A stretch of DNA of 64,000 bases from Eledone cirrhosa. Lineage: Eukaryota. Below the pieces are notes generated by a model. It did not search any database. It was given only the letters and a program-made list of their open reading frames with translations, and was not told the origin of the DNA. This document shows positions 61,109 to 64,000 of this stretch, piece after piece; within the stretch, counting starts at the first letter, position 1, and every line of letters starts with the position of its first letter. The DNA is taken from the NCBI GenBank assembly GCA_964016885.1, contig OZ024742.1, positions 245,334,001 to 245,398,000 of the forward strand, in the 5' to 3' direction. The position numbers were made by a program, and so were the translations under genes.

Positions 61109-61316
61109 TTAGAAAATAGAATAGCTTTCACCGTATTTTTGACTAAAGGAATTTTAGCCTGATAATGGGGTTTAGAACCCTCAGATAAATGGAAAAAGAT
61201 AAGTATTGACTTACGTCAATACTTATCTTTTTCCATTTATCTGAGGGTTCTAAACCCCATTATCAGGCTAAAATTCCTTTAGTCAAAAATACGGTGAAAG
61301 CTATTCTATTTTCTAA
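61109..61316. repeat. perfect palindrome, 102-bp arms, 4-nt loop, inside a TSD-flanked insert
   Basis: Arms 61109-61210 / 61215-61316, loop TTAC; ATACAGCTTAGT duplicated at 61098-61109 and 61348-61359. Confidence 0.95.
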
Positions 61317-61534
61317 TTTCAAATCTGCTCACTGTTTCAAAACATACATACAGCTTAGTATTGTAGGACCTGAGGTGGTTTCAGGCAGTTTGGTATCAAA
61401 ATGTTTAAGAAAATATTTTTACTCTTGCAGTAAAACAAAGATAGAAATACATATAAAAATGAGAAAATTCATCACTAGAACAGTCGTTAAAACAACCAAA
61501 TGCTGTCAATGACTGCGATGGGCAAAAATGCCTC

Positions 61535-61768
61535 AGAGGACTGAGATCAGTGGCTGAGAGTACAAGACTCCTCCTTGGACAGGAAACCAGTCCATCGCAG
61601 GGTTAAACCACTAGCTATTGCTGGTTCTCATTTTCAGTTGAGTATAGTGGAACAACGTGGGATGATGTGTTTTTCTCAAGAACACAACACACAACCTAGT
61701 TCGGGAATTGAATCCACAGCATTATGATCATAAGTCCAACACTGTTACCACAAGGCCACGTGCCTCCA
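61535..61768 (-). mobile_element. SINE family B
   Basis: Homologous to 26810-27075. Confidence 0.75.
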
Positions 61769-62275
61769 CAGAAATATATATATTACAGAATTCTTCAGTA
61801 ATAACCTGCTTCCAAAATATGCTTACACTGAAAAACTGTGCCAAGATAAATCAAGCTGTCTGTCATTAAAGAAGAGTGTATTTGAAATGATATAGGCATA
61901 CTTGCCCCTTAGTGGTAGTAGACAGAAAAGCAGCATGTAAGTATTATTATGACAGACTTCTATAGAAAAATAATGGAATAAATGGGACAAGTAGTATGCA
62001 CTCAATGAGACCATTAATAGGGGATTAGGCAGGAGATTGTGAGTAGTGTAACCAAATCTACGATGTCTGGAAAAGCTGTAAGACTCTCAGGAACAGTTGC
62101 TAAGATGTTGAAAGTAACAGTGTGAGTTAGAATAATCTTTATCACATCCCCTGACTATAAAAATTGTACAGGAAATTTTTATTCCTAATAAATGGCAATG
62201 CAGCAAACTCTGTTATTAGTTACTGCAAAGGCAAGGAAAGAAAAGTATAGTAGGGAGAAGAAATCACAAAGGGTT

Positions 62276-62530
62276 TAGCACCTTTCTTACCAAACTGCCC
62301 CTGGTTCTATGATATTAAGCTGTTTATTTTAAAATGTTTATATTTATATTTTTAAAAAACCTTCCATCATATCTTTATGTAGCCATTGTTAAGTTATGCT
62401 CCAAACATGAGCTTAGTAATGAGAAAGTCAGTTATATTACTAAATCTCACCAAATTCTTGATTATTTTCAGAATTATTTGAAAATCATACACTGTGTCTT
62501 TCATTAGAAATATGGATACGAAAGGGTTAA
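62276..62530 (+). mobile_element. piggyBac-type MITE, family 2
   Basis: TACCAAACTGCCCCTGG...CATTAGAAATATGG..ACGAAAGGGTTAA. Confidence 0.65.
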
Positions 62531-62569
62531 GTTAAAGGACCAAATAACAAAAATGGAGCTATGGACAAA

Positions 62570-62998
62570 TTAACTCTTAACATCCTGTAATGATTTAGCA
62601 GAAAATATCTAAATATGGGTTTGTTAATTCAAACTAATTCAATTATCTTCACTACTGGACAGATCATTGTGAACATTTGTAATATTACAGTAAGTGCTTT
62701 AAAGTTTAATTGTTTCTACTTTTGGCACAAGGCCAGCAATTACCCAGTGCATTACTGGTACTTTATTTTATCGACCCCATAAGGATGACAGGCAAAGTTA
62801 ACCTCGGCGGGATTTGAACTAAGATTGACAAGGGCTGTAACTCAATGTTACAAAGATGCATCCAACCCTCTACCGATACTGCCAATCCACTGCCCAAGTG
62901 CTTTAAAGTTTAATGTGATGTAGTCATAGTATTGATTTATATTTTTCAAGAGTGTCTTGCTAATGTGGTTACATGTGGTACAGAATATTAAGAGTTAA
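62570..62998 (-). mobile_element. piggyBac-type MITE family 3 split by a SINE
   Basis: TTAACTCTTAA...TTAAGAGTTAA ends. Confidence 0.75.
62708..62895 (-). mobile_element. SINE family A with 19-bp TSD
   Basis: TSD AAGTGCTTTAAAGTTTAAT on both sides. Confidence 0.88.
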
Positions 62999-63155
62999 TA
63001 TGCATGATCCTGTAACTCCTGAGGGATTTGTAGGGGTGCCACATTGACATACGCCATTTGTAGGACATTTTAAAACCTGACAGAGTCCATCTCTTCTCCA
63101 GCAGATTTCTTCCAGAGAAAGATTGAGCATGAGAAAGAGACATAGAAAAAGAATC

Positions 63156-63316
63156 TACCCCAGTACTAACTAGACTGGTACTTTTTTTTTATCACCTCAA
63201 ATGTATGGAAGGCAAAGTAAACTTCAGCAGGATTTGAACTCAGAGAGTAGAGAGCTGAAACAAATACTGCAAAGCATTCTATCCGACATTTTAAAGACTC
63301 TGCCAATTCACTGCCT
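63156..63316 (-). mobile_element. older SINE family A copy
   Basis: GAAGGCAAAGTAAACTTCAGCAGGATTTGAACTCAG...CTGCCAATTCACTGCC. Confidence 0.7.
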
Positions 63317-64000
63317 AAGATTTAATATAGGATAGAGTTAAAAAGAATGGAATACAATTCATGTTTGTGGCTGAATGTTGAGTTGAAGATATTGCATCAT
63401 TTTTTCTGATCAGGCAGTTACACAAGAAACATATATATAAGCAGATAACTTTTTTTTTTTTATTGTAAAATCAATTCACAAGCTACAAGTTTAAAATATA
63501 GGAGAGTATTTAGGTCAAATAGCCAATAAAGAACTTTGCCAAGATCAATATTGATTTCTAACACTACTACTGAGCAAAAGGAGGGTATAGCTGATTAAAT
63601 TGACCCCCCAGAAAGATGGAAATCAAGGTTGACCTTGGCAAGATTTGAATTCAGAACATAAAGGGCCATAACTAAGTCTGCCATGCTAATGATTCTGCCA
63701 ATCCAGCATCCTATATGCTGATTTCTAACACTGGAATAAAGGGGTCAGCTTATAATTGGATCAGCTTATATTTGAGTATATATGTAACTCTTAACATCTA
63801 ATGATTTAGCAGAAAATACCTAAAAATGGGTATGTTAATTCAAATGTTTATAGTGTCCTTATAAATGAACAAATGTGGAAATTTGCAGTATTGGAGTAAA
63901 GACTTTAATTTTCAATATGATGTTGTCATAATGCTGTTCGAGAATATGTTGTTAATGTAGTTTCAAGTAGCTTGTGAATTCAAATGTTAATACAATTTGT

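Overview
AT-rich, microsatellite-dense eukaryotic DNA made almost entirely of transposable elements, with no recognisable host exon. The repeat spectrum suggests a mollusc, probably octopus-type; this is inference only. Main contents: (1) an apparently intact Penelope-like retroelement (20561-25611) with ~218-bp direct pseudo-LTRs. Each pseudo-LTR carries a variant (U3-A8) minimal hammerhead ribozyme motif. Its two overlapping ORFs are joined by an in-register U_UUU_UUA -1 slippery site, predicting a ~1170-aa ORF1-RT-GIY-YIG fusion. (2) A decayed near-full-length RTE LINE with a PHD-type finger just after the RT core. (3) Three large CR1-type LINE copies plus fragments. (4) A Dong/R4 fragment sitting in (TAA)n. 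(5) Five CRE-like restriction-endonuclease fragments. (6) A decayed mariner, Helitron, piggyBac-type and Merlin-type non-autonomous elements, and two tRNA-type SINE families. (7) A 10-copy 47-bp tandem array. (8) Five fold-back (long inverted repeat plus one-sided tail) inserts, one containing a near-canonical hammerhead. Most other ORFs in the track are microsatellite or antisense artefacts. All calls come from manual motif reading; no searches or folding computations were run, and the boundaries of decayed repeats are approximate.
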